From Yuukianura sp. NJ FZ-2021 (lineage: Eukaryota): a stretch of DNA of 64,000 nucleotides. The notes beneath the pieces were generated by a model. The model made no database searches. It was not told the DNA's origin and saw only the letters and a list, made by a program, of their open reading frames with translations. Position 1 is the stretch's first letter. Every line of letters starts with the position of its first letter. A program made the translations under genes and the position numbers. The DNA lies in contig CM102288.1 in assembly GCA_046563655.1 (NCBI GenBank), positions 3,162,001 through 3,226,000 of the forward strand, given 5' to 3'. Positions 36,701 to 50,100 of this stretch are shown piece after piece.

Positions 36701-39700
36701 GTGTCATTCCCCTGCAAAAAAAATGCATTTCAAAATTTTCATCATTTCAACATTTCTCATCATTTTCTAAGCAATTTTCGAAAATTCTCATCTTCAGAAT
36801 TTCAATTTTTACCTCAATTTCTTAAATTCCTCCAAAATTCCAATCTCCACCTCTTCATTCTGTTCTTCGAAAAAACGAAATTCCGAGACGAATGCGGGTG
36901 TATGAATCTCTTCTTCGTAGTCTCCGGCCTCCGCTGGACAAAAATCCAAACAATTATTACAAAACACCCCACAAAACTAAAGTTTCACAGTTAAACTTTA
37001 ACTCAGACATCAAACCCAAATCAGTGAAAAATGTCAAAGTGCTTACACTGAATACACAGTGCTGCCAGTTCAATGGAAGTTTGGAGCGGTGGTTGCAACT
37101 TCCCAGTGAGCACATCTTGCTTAATTTGTAAAAAGAACTGATACCTGTAAACCAAAAGACAAAAAACTTAATTAGTTAAACCATTAAGCCTTAATTTATT
37201 AATTCACACGTTTTCGTCACCTCCCTCCCATTGCATAACATTCACTAATAACTGCCCAATCACTTTCTGGCACCACAAAGCCCCATTTAACTCCATCTTT
37301 TAATGTCATTACGCTGCAACTTAAATCCTTTGTTACTTTCTCCCTCGTCATTGTCTAAATGATCAACGACAATTAAAATGTGGCGTCTCAGAGCAGTCAC
37401 TCTGCACACAATAGTCGCAATCTGTGCAAAAATCTTGCGCAGATTTCATATCAAAAGTTAAAATCAACGTTAATTCTTCAAAATCATCATCATCTGCTGT
37501 TTCCACATGCGCAAAACGTAAGTCAAAGAAATTCTCCAAGTTGTCTCCCAGCACATTTTCGCATCCTGTTTTGCCAATTCTCACCTCGTCAATTCCTCTC
37601 GGAGATTATGAGGTTCAGATGAATAGAATTTCACCTTCAGTCTAAAAGTAAATGGAGGCCCAACTGCAAATAAAAAAAAAAGAAAATCCAACAATTAAAA
37701 ATCTCACAAAACTAATTTTATCTTATCACCCACCCACACACATTTAAAAAATTCACACAACTCAAAAAAACAAGTAAAATTTTCACATCCTGTTTAATTA
37801 TCATCTTAAACCCAATTCCCCTGCAACTTTCATCGGAAATTAATCCAAATCCATTTGAAAATCTAGATACAACTTTCTTCCACAAAACTTTTAAAGCTCG
37901 ACGCCATCCAGCAAACTTCTTCTCACCAGCTCCTATTTTTTAAATTTTCAACGTAAGATATGACAGGCCAACTTTCGCAGTTTCTAAAAAAAAATTATTT
38001 TGCTAATTTCTGTGTTTACGTGTAAGTTTAACTAGTTAAAAACCACAAACCGTAGTGCCAAAATCGCAATTTTTTGCATTCAAAAAAAAATTCATCGTAT
38101 TTTTCAAGGCCTCCGGGGGTCCTGGCACCGTAAAATCTTTGCAAATCGTAAAGCACCGAGGAAGCAACCGTACACTTCCTCGTCTGTCTGTTCGCCTCTG
38201 CATTTTCCTCCTGGCTCCAAGATTTATTGCAAATTCAAATCCAATCGTATTGGAAGTATCGTAACACACCAAATTTCTACACAAAGAAGGATTGGCAACA
38301 AAATACCCTATCATCCACATCCTCTCAAATTCAAGATTCATCCCTGCCAGGAGCTCATACTGCTTCTACATCTACTCAACCCTCCAACACCTCACCAATA
38401 AGTTTTACACATATTTTGCACATTTAAGTACGTTGAATCTTCATCTTGCACGTTTTGCACGTTGAATCTTGCTTCTTCTTCCCTGGTCAACGTCCTCCAC
38501 CAACTTTAAAACAACTCCGCCCAGTCACTTCCCAATCATAAATTAATTGATCCCTCACACTTTACATCTAAGAAACATTTAACCGCACTGCTCAACATCC
38601 AACTTCACTCGCAGAAAAATCCAACTTAACAAAAATGCAAAATCCAACTTCAAAAAAATTATGCAAAATCCAACTTCAAATTTGGCAAACCCCCTCAAAC
38701 CTAACACAACCCGGTAAAAAATCACACCTAAGTACAGTTATCTTCAATAAAAATATTCTTTGATAACTTTTTGCCTTAAATTCAGGTTTAGAAAAATGTA
38801 AGGTCAAGTTGTCAGTTAAACTTTGCGTCAACGTCAAAGCCCGGAGGAAGTTGTCACATACCTTGCATTTTCCTAATCTTAAACTTCCTCGCAAATTAGT
38901 CGAATTCGCTGTGCAAAATTACCCCACACCGTACACAAACAGAAAGTTGCGGAAGCCATTTCCCGGGGCGGTGGCGCCGGAATTCAAAATTCACAAGTCA
39001 CGTTAATTCTCACGCCAACATTCGAACATTCTACAATCTCCGCTCGCTACTTCTCAAGCATCCTACCCATCATCCTCCGAGGTCAACATGACAATGTCCG
39101 TGGCCTTCCCGTGACATTTCAAATGTCACTCCGCCCTCAAATGTCTAATCGTTACCATTTTGAAAATCACAAGGAAACGACATAACAATACCCAAAATCT
39201 ACCTCATCATCTCTCATTATAAAGATCCACCAAGAGGAACCAAAACTGCCAAACGCAAAAAAATCAAAAAGCAAAAAACGTCCTCCAGGACTAACAAATT
39301 CAACAAAGCAAGAAAGTAACAAGAAAAAAAATGAAGCCGAATAGGTTCCTCATCTTAATTTTTTGCATCTGCCTCTCCTGCATCTCTTGCCATTAGAAAG
39401 GAAACAAGTTTCCTGCTCCCGGCAGTTGATTCCAATGACCAACCGAAACGAATCTGAATATGCAGACACTAAATCCCACAAACACCACAAAAGAAGTCAC
39501 ACAAAAGAATTCCTCTACCGAATTCTCCCTTCCCAGGAAATAACAAAAGAAAATAGCATATTTCTTATTATAATCCGCCGAAATGCATGCAACCAAAGGC
39601 ACCGAAGTGCGTAAAGAAAGTAACAAAAAATGACAGAGACAAGGGCGGATACTTTTCAACTTTTCTTTCATTTGCAACGGAAGTGGCATATGATACACAT

Positions 39701-42700
39701 TTTAAAAACGAGTAATTTCGCAAGTTTTTCTTCTCTCGATTCCAGAAACAACCAAAATTTCCCCATGCTTCATTCAAACAACTTTCGTGCGTTTCAAAAA
39801 TTTTCAAGCAAAAAATACATTTTTTTAAATATTTCATTATGGTCCGTCCAATTGTGCCTCCTTTTCAGCAAAATTAATTCAAAAATTTACAAAATCCAAA
39901 GCAGATGTGTAAAATAGAGTTCCTTGTTCCAAAGTTTTCATTTTGAATAAATTCGGCATTTTTTGATAAAAAGTGAATCATGAATACGAAAATCACCAAT
40001 AACAAGTCGTAAAAATTAAATAAAAATCCATTCAGTTTTCCAATCTGTTCGTTCTTGTCAAAAGCCCAATTTGGCAGACTTCGAAACCACGCAACTTTTG
40101 TTTTGCACTTTCCTTAACTTCTTCTACTTAACTCACAGTTCAACTCCAGATATCCCTCGCTCTCGCTCTTATGAATTCATCAATTCATATTCACAACATT
40201 CATGAAATTCAACATACGCAGCACGCACACACAAAAATTAAAAAAATCTTCAAAACTTACTTTTTACTTGTTTCTTGATAGGTTTGGTTGCATCCAGCCA
40301 GTGCTAAATTCCAGCATAAAATCAGAAAAAAAAGCAAAGATTAAGATCTCTCTGTCATTAAGTGCAACTTCCTTAACATCCTCAACTTCTCTCTTGAATT
40401 TACATTTTTCAAAACAAAATTACCTGAACGTGGTTAGAATCCGTAAATTGGAGTCCAAAGTAGTCCTTCTCAATTAAATCCAAATTATAAAAGACTTGGT
40501 CATACAGTTCACATCCCAGCGCCTTTTTCTAAAAACACAAAAACATAGTTGTACAATTCAAAATTTCACATTTTCACCTCCACCCAAAAAAATTTTAACC
40601 AAAAGCGTATCAAAAAATCAAGCTCGTAGTTGCAAGTCCCCCATCCAAAACTTAAAGTAAAAAATTCGGTTTGTCAGATTCCAGCCTTTAATTACGCTTC
40701 TAATGAAAGCATCTTCTGGAAGATCTTATCGTAAACTTTTTAACGCATTCAAAAGAAAAAAACAGCTCCTCCCGCAACAAGCAAAATCAAGCTCATCTTC
40801 ACAACATCTCAAGATCATTTTTTCATAAACTCGAATCATAAAATGCAGTGGAGCCACAAGTACAAAAACGCTGGCTGTCAAGTTCAAGGGCACAGTCTCT
40901 CCCACACACCTAGGCAATTACCTAAACGATTAGAGACAATGGCGAATCAAAACTAGCCTTGGACCAACCTAGGGATTCCACTAAACACAGAGTCATCAAA
41001 CCATAGCCAGAGCTAGTCCATTTTTTAGTCTCCAATTTACACATTCTACACAGATCCGCTCTACATCATCACTCGTCCATACCATCCACATTTTATTTCT
41101 ACTTCTGCATTTTTACGAGATGCAACACAATCAAAGTACCTCAACTCACCATAACCCTCAAGTACAAAAAAAAACATAAAAAAAAAGCAGTGCTGAAGAT
41201 CAAGTGCTCAAAAACACACAAAAAAGCATTGCTGTAAAGATCATATGTGAATGAAATGTCCAAGGTAAACTAAACTTCACGCTCTACAGAACTTTAATTT
41301 TTTTAAATCCTCAAAATCCACACACACTATTAAACCCAACCCCTTTTTCAAAACAACATTTTTTTAAATTTCGAAATCCATTAAAACCATATTTCAAAAA
41401 CACAAACAAACATTTCCAAACAAAAATTTCAGCACTGCATTCTGGGTTTGTGAAATTCGACGCCTATTGCCAAACTTCAAACTCGTCGAAAACAAAGTTA
41501 GCACAAGGCTGCTTTAATTTTCGAACGGTTTCAAACCAATACAAAAATTAGTCAACGCAAATCCTAACACCACATCAAACGGGGGGACTTCAACATCAAC
41601 TTAAAAAGCGCAGTGGGCCCTTTAAAAAAGAAGTCAAAGTCTTTTAGCTTGTTAAGTGCCCCTCGAAGCCATTTTGTCCAGTTGAAGCACTACAATGGAC
41701 GTTTTAAATATAAAAAAAGTTAGAAAGTGAATGGGAGGGTAGTCACAACTTAGAAACGTAAAACCTGCTTTACACAATGGACTCAGAATGAGACGAATAA
41801 AAAAATTCAGTTTCCATCCCTCGTCTCACCTTGTTGAAGATCAAGGTAAAGTACCCTCCAAGTACCCTTAAGGCTTCTACCCCCTCATCTTCTCCTAAGC
41901 AACAACGCTTTTAAGGCATCATCCAACCATCCTTAAACATTTTAGCTCCTCTGCTGCACCTAAACTTCGTTCTTCCGTCGGATTTCAAGACAAAAGCCTT
42001 TAAGGGTCCACCTTAAGACGTTCTTAAACAAATGACCCTACCAAAATTCAGACAGGTCAACAAAATACAAAACATCTCCTCATCTTCCTCAACTTTCAAA
42101 AAAAAAAAAGACAGAGACCTTAACACAATTTCACTTCCTTCTTACACAAAAACAACCTAACAAAATTTCGAATGCATTTTTCCATTCAAAATTAGCAACG
42201 CCAAAAATCTTCCCAAAAATTCGACTTGTACCTCCCGAAATTAATTCACACTTTGTCCCTACTTCCAAGAACTCATACAAAATCCACAGTTATTTGGCTG
42301 AAACCTGATTCTCAACACATCCCAAGTCATGAAATCTGAAATTCCGAGTTACCATAGGTTTAGTATGGCTTCCTCCACCACCAGCCAGCACCAGAGTAAT
42401 TTTGTGCCATAAAACAAATGCCCAAGTATCGATTCCATATTCCAAATGCAAGTAAAATTAAGCTTTTACACCCAGAAAATTATTCCCAAGCAGGAAAACC
42501 TCCCTCATACAACTCCACATTCACCAAATGTGAGTCACCCTTCAATCGATTCTCTCCATTTCCCGTTCCATCTCTCCATTTCACAAATAATTTCTACTTC
42601 AAAACTAACAATTTCCAAGTACAACTTATACTAATCCTAAAAACTACTCACAGAAAGTACAACTTGATACATTTGATTCCATACAATGTGACGGCTGAGA

Positions 42701-45700
42701 GCAAAGTTCAAGTTAAACAGCAAAGTATTTTATAACGGCACTTCCTTTTTCTCCACTTTAAAGCACTTGCAAATATAATTACAACGTCCGCCAAGACCTG
42801 ATTCCTCCAAGACTCGGATTAACATCCACTCTACACACAACTACAAAAGTCCCGTTCAATTTCTCAGCCTCAACAATGCAGAAAAAAATTACTGAAGCAA
42901 AAGCCACAGGGATAAACCTCACACACAATACCCAAATCCTGTTAAGTTAAAAGTTAAATCAAAGTTAACGCCACTTTAAAATTGTTTGTTGCATCTGTAG
43001 TGAATTTAACTTTTTTTCTCAAGTTTCCCTATTCTCAATTCACGGTGTTTAAATCAAACAAAAGTGAAAAGTTAAATCAAAGTTAAACGCCACTCAAAAT
43101 TTCTCCCTTTGTTATTCATGAGTTATTCAAATTAATCAAAAATCAAAGTTAGAAATTCAACCAGAAGGTGGACCGAAGCAGAACGTCACCCAAAAATTGC
43201 GTGCAAAACCTACGGTGAACGGTGATTACGAAATTTTTCTAAAGTTTTCTGTGGTATTTCTCTCAGGATGGCGTCGAATTCTATCAAAAACAAATTGTTT
43301 TCTTTTTGTATTTCATGAAAAATCAAAAATCCCAATAATTGAGATTTTTTGATTTATATTTGATTTATATTTTATATTTGATTTATAATTATTATAAACA
43401 TTGCATCTACATGTTAAAATCTCAACTGCTTAATTGCTCTTTAGACAATAGAACAAAGATTGGGGATTAGCAGAAAACAAGCATAAATCAAGCAGTTTTT
43501 ATCCAACACTTAATTTTCTCCTACCCATTATCTGCCTGCGTAATTCCTTAAAAGAAAAAAGAACAATGGGAAGTTACTAATCAAAAGTACAAGGCTTTTG
43601 GCATGTTCCTTCTCTGGAGACAGTCATGGCCATCTCTATCAAAACAATGAACTTCAAACCATAAATTTAGCCATTTTCAATTACGTCAAATTTCTAAAAT
43701 CTCAGCTTCCCAAAAACATAAAGCTAAAACTTCCTGACTAAAAAAAACATCATTCATCATATTCAGTACCTTCGCAGTTCATCAACTCAATTAAAAACCA
43801 AAAACAAAAAGTTTCTAATTTTCCTATTTCCACTACTTTGCTTCCCGTTTTGCCAAGAAAATAATTTGCAAACAAAAAGTTACTCAAGTGCAAAAATCCA
43901 AAACCGTTAAAAACTTATCACTCAAAATCTACTTCTTAAAAATTTTTGATCTCCCAGTTACAGTTATTTAAGGAAAACCCAGTTAACTCTTTCACCTTAT
44001 ACAATTTAATTATCTAAAATCCCAATTAACTAACCATTGTTTGAACTTTGCTCCTCTTCGGCCTGAATTCGTAGCTTGCAAGTTGCAGCAACAAACTATA
44101 AAAAGCGCCCCACAGGATTTACAAGAGGTCAAACATTGCTGCCCTCTTCTGCCTCCATAACTTTTGCCAAAAATGGAAACCCCAATAAATTAGACTTTTT
44201 ACTTCCACTTTAGCCAAAGTTGTATAATTACAATCCATACATTTTACTCAGGTCACCTTCTCCCTAAACTTCTTATTCGCACAAACTAACAAAAATTATA
44301 GCCATTTCCTTGCACAAAATTAGCATCAAACACGCAAAGCAATAATTCCAAAGTTGCAAAAAAATGGCAAGTCTTCCCCTATTAGCATCTCAAAGTCAAA
44401 TTTCAAACTCACTCTTCTAAAAATTGACATGGATGACTTCAGATTCACAAATTTCGACAGCAATTTTGACGTAACTCCTCTCCCAATTACCTCTCACTTG
44501 AGTCCTTTGCAAATGAACCTAACGTTGTACCGTAGTTGGTCTTCATTTGATTACAAAGAATAGATTCCCTAATGATAACTTACTCAAGACATCTTAAGCA
44601 AAAAAATGAGATCTCTCAAGAAGTACAATGGAAGAATTGGTTGACCAAAAAAGCTAGGCTAAGTTATGCTGACCAAAAAAGTTTCGCCCAATCTAAGTTA
44701 TACTGACCAAAAAAGTTAGCATGCCGAACCTAAAGAGTTAACCATAACGACCGGACGTAATTTGTTCCTGCTCCATTCCTCTTCCTACAAGATTTTGCAA
44801 TTCTTCTAGAAAAAGAGAAAGTTACCTAAGAGCAATTGATCTTCGACTTCGTGAATCACAAAAGAATTTGAAATCGTGTCTTAAAAATAATAATAATAAC
44901 AATAACTTCAGCAGCAGTAAGGACAATTAAACTTTTACGATCTCCAATCATAATAACACTACCACTTCAAAATCCTTTCAGCCTCGTAATTTCCAACTAC
45001 CAAAATCGTGCATCTCAAATTTCACAATTCGTAACTCTTAAAAAAAATCAAAATCATAAAATCAAGAATCACAATAGAAATTAAAAGTAGACCAAAAGCC
45101 ACCCACTCAATCAACTGCGATCAAAAACAGTCAAAAGTGTCAAAAACTTTGCCAGCCTTTTCTTCCAACGAAAAAAAATCCGCCAACTTCTAGATCGACC
45201 CAACACTTCAATTTCCAAAAAAAAAAAAATAAAAATAAAAATCTCGATTTTTCAAAAGCGACAGGTTGCAAAGTTAACTTTTTATTTTTTTCCGTATTGA
45301 AAATCAAATTCAAAACAAGGAAAAAAATTTTCGTCCCAGTTCGTGAACCGTTTAAATAACAGTAAATTTTAATAAATGTTTCAAATTAATTAAATCACTG
45401 TCACGATCTCGTCCAAAACAAAATTGTACCTAAAATTCAACTTTTCATCAAAATGCTTTCATCCTAATGCCAAAACATCTTCAAAAGCATGATTCCTCTT
45501 CCTTTAACAGTAACTTTTAATGCAACTACACGTCCATTTTTCAAAATTCCGCAAACAACATGAAACACACGTCCCTGGCACTCCAAAAAACACAAAAATT
45601 AATTGCAGGGTTAACCAATTGACAGCAAGTCGAACATAACTCACACCAAACAAAAATTCCATCAGTTACACTTTGTCATTGCAAATTAATATTTTGCAAC

Positions 45701-48446
45701 TCCTCCGCTTCCACTGTAAATTCCAATTATCTAATCCACATCCGCACACCTCATTTGCTCACAATTAGAAATTCGTCGGCCTTAATCCCCCACACTACAC
45801 TACAAAACATAAAGAGCCCTTAAGGGCCCTAAAGTTCAACCCATTTACGTAACATCCAAAAGCATCCGTCATGATCAGTGTCACTTGGCCAAAACCTTTA
45901 CCAAATCACAAAATCAGGCGAGAACAAAGGCACTTGCATTGCAAAAACTTTAACTTTTAATTTATAAGTCTCCACCCACAGGAGACATAAGGTGCTTGAG
46001 GCCAATTTTTACAGTTTTTCTACCCGAACAAAAGAAGTAGGAAGAAAATGCACAATCCAAAATCCAAAGAATCCTACACTCAAAAAAAAACTTAATCTCT
46101 AGATCTTCAGCATACTGAATGTTAACGTTAACATTTTAAACGTAAGTGTTTTTCAACAACCGAACATTATTGTTAGGATAACATTCACAAGGTTACACTT
46201 TCCCGTGATCAAAAAATTCCTATTATTCCTTGAAACAAAAGCTGGGAAGCAATTAATCAGAGGGCCCTTGTGAAATATGGCCATTTCACAGATCTTTGTC
46301 ACTAACGTGATCTGGGACCAATTAGCCCTGGGCCCTTAGACGCTTAGGGACCATCAGCCATAGTTTTAAAAGCTCAACAAAATTACATAACCTGATAGGC
46401 AGAACTTCATGTTTTGTTGCTTAACATTGCAGCTACTTCTGAATAATACACAGATTTCAGGAGAATTTGATCTTGTGAGGATAAAAATGACTAGAACGAC
46501 TGCAAATTGGCATCGAGATGATCAAATGTTACCTAAAGTGGGAAAAGTGGCTGACCTCGACGCTTTCGGCATGAATCATGACCTTATGGCTATGGCGTTG
46601 CGGACTTAACATAACACTTTGGGCTAAAAAACGAAAGTGGAAAAAAACGAAAGTGGGAGGTTGACATTATGACATTGGGCAGTCTCTGCACAAATCCTTC
46701 CAAATAAGTACTTTTAAGACTAAAAATTTGAGAATGAGGTGTGAAAACCAATTGTTAAGGAAATTACAAAATCCATCAAGATTAACGTCATTCATTTGGA
46801 ATTGGTGGCCTATCGTTTAGCTTTTAAGTGGTTTGAGTACGTGGGAGTACTGATAAAAATTTTATCATCACAATTATTAAAAACCAAAACTGAACAGTTT
46901 TTGTCGAATCTTCGAGCAAAATGGAAAATCTAATCTGAAAACGCTTTGTATTGTATATATCTCTGTCCCTCGCAAACCGAGCTACTACCGAGTTATTTAC
47001 ACTTCGAAATTAGCCAAAATTGAGTCTACTAATGTGATGTTGGTCTGTGCTCTCATTTCAATTTCCAAAGTGACATTTCCAACAGCCACAAATGGATTAG
47101 AGATAATAAATCATTGTGTATTTCATTATACAGTTTGCCATTTTCAGCGTCCCTGCACCTTTTCCATTATTCATGTCATGGAACAACATATGATACAAAA
47201 TTTCAACGGAAAATGAAAGTTTATGATTTCTGCGGGCAGAATGACAAATGGTATCTGATGGTACCAGTGGAAGATCCATGCAATTTCCAAATTCAACGCT
47301 CGACTGACTCAGTAAACATCTTTTAAATAAAGCTTTTTCAAAAAACTTTTCTGAAAGCTCAAACGTACATTATATGAATCGTAAAAGGCAGTTATTACTC
47401 ACACAGGGTGAGGAATGGTGAAATGTAGGGAGTAACTATGAAGTTGAGAGTAGATTTTTTCGTTTGCTTCAAATACAAAGCATAACTTTCATGTTAGCAA
47501 CTTTATAAAAAGCTCTAAGCGTTTCATAACGCTAGCTCTTCTGGCATTGTTGTCCTTTTAAAAGTGTTCGTGACATTGAAATTGTTTGAGGATAACAATG
47601 TGGCTACGATGAAATCAACTTGAAGCATGTGTGGTGCAGTGCAATAAGCTAAAAAAAAAGCAACAACCATATGAAAACTAAAAGCTGAAAGCAAGACAAT
47701 GGAAAATCCAAGTCCCAGTGACCGAGACGTCAGCAAAAGTTTTGATCCGGAGGCGAGATAGCCGGATCCTTCACTTCCGAGATCAAACTAGAGACTTCCG
47801 TGTCTGTCAATCACGATAGACGAAACTCCAATGCTTCGAAGTACCTTGATGCTGCTGAAGCTTTTAGCAATTAGTCAATTGTTTAAAAAGCTAGGTCATT
47901 GCCAATTGCTGCGATCGAGATAACTTTAAAAGCCAGCAGCAACAGCAGCAGTAATAAGCCAAGCGTAAATGGACATGCTAATTTCATGCTTCATTTTCAA
48001 TGCCGTTCCATGGTTCCATCCAGTACAGGTATTCATTCATTCAGAACTGACGAATTCGCGACAAGTGTCGACAATTAGATTCGGAGTTGCTAAAGCAGAG
48101 GTTTTGCAGGAATCAGGAGCAGCTTTGAAAAATTAGCACTAAATTAGTGTCACCAACCCCCCAAAGCAAGAGTCTAAAAGGAAAGAGCTAAACACATCAA
48201 GATGACCTCATGCTAAAGGTAAGATCATTGCAAAATAAGGACAGCTTTGCTTACCGGCAGTTCAATGGACAAATCCGTTCCGTCTAAGACAATGACTTTG
48301 CAGAGGATACAGTGTTTGTTTGGCTTTAACTGTGTCGATGGCTGAACTCTGTTGTTTGCTGAAGAAACTCCCGTTGTTGCAGATTGTTGTAACTGCGGCT
48401 GCTGGGTATTCCGCCCTTTCTTCCGTCCACTCAGGAATCGTAGCAT
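33724..48446 (-). CDS. yrt: FERM-FA domain protein Yurt / EPB41L5 (band 4.1-like), multi-exon with long introns
   Basis: [28 protein letters not shown] | [28 protein letters not shown] | [14 protein letters not shown] | [27 protein letters not shown] | [10 protein letters not shown] | SELGDY..FVSEFRF | [27 protein letters not shown] | [46 protein letters not shown]. The C-terminus [10 protein letters not shown] is a PDZ-binding type. Confidence 0.93.
44640..44720 (+). repeat. Short degenerate tandem repeat, three copies of tgaccaaaaaag with a ctaagttat spacer
   Basis: tgaccaaaaaag at about 44642, 44670 and 44704, inside the first coding intron of yurt. Probably a transposon remnant. Confidence 0.6.
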
Positions 48447-50100
48447 TGCGGTTAATTAAACTCTCCCCTTGCCCTTCCTATTGTCTTCTACTGCTCTGGG
48501 TAAAACTACCCCGTGGAACTTTTCCGGTACGTTTTCAGGATTCAGGAGTGTAGTAATTGCAGTTAACTTGCAAACTTAACCATTGTCTGCAACTGTTCAT
48601 GAATGTTTCACTTCATTTAAATGAATGAACCACACTTCTTGAAGCGATTCTTCTGAAATGTCCGTGAGCGTATCAAATGTCCATACAATTCACTTCTCCA
48701 AGCGCCCGTGCCGCTGCTATCCGTACCAGGATCCACGAATGTAATCTGAACAAAACAAAACGTCCAAGCACGAGTCAGTAACGAAAACGTAATTTGACCT
48801 GTTCGATTTGTACCCAGTAGAAGTTAAAAGAATGAAGTAAACTGAAAGAGACTGGCTCTTACCGTTTTCTTGTTCAAGTCCCTGCTTCTCCTGCGTTGCG
48901 AAAAATGAGCCCTCCGCGAAGATGTCGAAAGTAGACACTTACGAACCGGAAGCAATCCTTAGCAGGCGACGAGGGTGACACGATCACTGGTCCAACAACA
49001 GTTAACTGCCAAAACAGACGATCTCCTGCGAGCTCAAAACTTGGAATGAGTCAACAACACCTTTTCCCTAAATGTCAATGCATCTCTTCTGTGTTCTCAC
49101 AGGTTCTGCTCCCTTCCCCACTCACTTCTCTGTATACACAGCAAAAAGCAACCACATTCCACACACAAGAACCAATCCAAAACAAAACACCTTCCTCATC
49201 CTCACTACCCCCAGGCACTTAACGTATAACATCTGATGCACAGTTGGCGTTAGCTCAACCCACGTTCAAAACTAATTATTAACAAATAAATTAAGTAATT
49301 AATTTAAAGCGAATTGCTAACGTTGGTAACAAATGTAGCAACGGCGATTAATTAATTTACCGAGTTAGAAATGCCCATATGTGAGGAGAACTTTAAAATT
49401 AGTTGGACGGGTTGGTGTTGTGTGGTAGCTTTTTGGCTTACCAAACTTACAGTCTGGGACTGACACAAATCTTTTTGTCACGCGAAAACAATCAAATAAA
49501 CAAACGATGATTTTTTTTAAGTCGTAAGCGTATTAAGGTGTACAATTTAATACAAAATCTACATTCACAAAATTAAAATTATTTAATCAGTCGAAGCGTA
49601 AACTTATTTTATAAAATGAAGCTGGATCAAACCAGGGTAAATAGAACACACATTAGGAATTTCTTAATGCATCCCACCCAATTTGGCATGTGCAAGAAAC
49701 ACAATTAACTTGTACCTATACGTCATGCCATAATTATTGAAGCGTTGCAAATTACAAATTTCCGCTAATGTACAAGTTAAAGATGTTATTAAGTTGTTAA
49801 TTTGTTTTCTAATAATTAGTAGTTAATTACCATTTCGATAACGGGTTTTAAGGTATCTGAAATAGCGACTGTAGCGCAGACTGTAAACTGCTTTTGAGTT
49901 TGATTACGGGAGGCGGGAAAACGGTTGTTTTGGAGGCAAATTTTTTGTGAAAGACAAGAGGAAGAAAGGAATCTTGTTGCTCTTTGGCCGCATTTTTTTG
50001 TTTTGTGTTAATTTTTGTCAAAGGATTATCTCTTCATTGTTTTCGGCGAATTTAACTAGACTTCAACAATTCGCCTACACAAAGTAGTGCATATAACGTA

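Noticed and set aside
37363..38341. ORFs inside yurt introns (37363-37584, 38036-38341) as extra coding exons
   Set aside because: No ATG and donor combination in the phase needed to join the FERM exons, and no recognisable homology.
42940..43105. Repeated aaaagttaaatcaaagttaa-cgccact unit
   Set aside because: A minor low-complexity local duplication in an intron.
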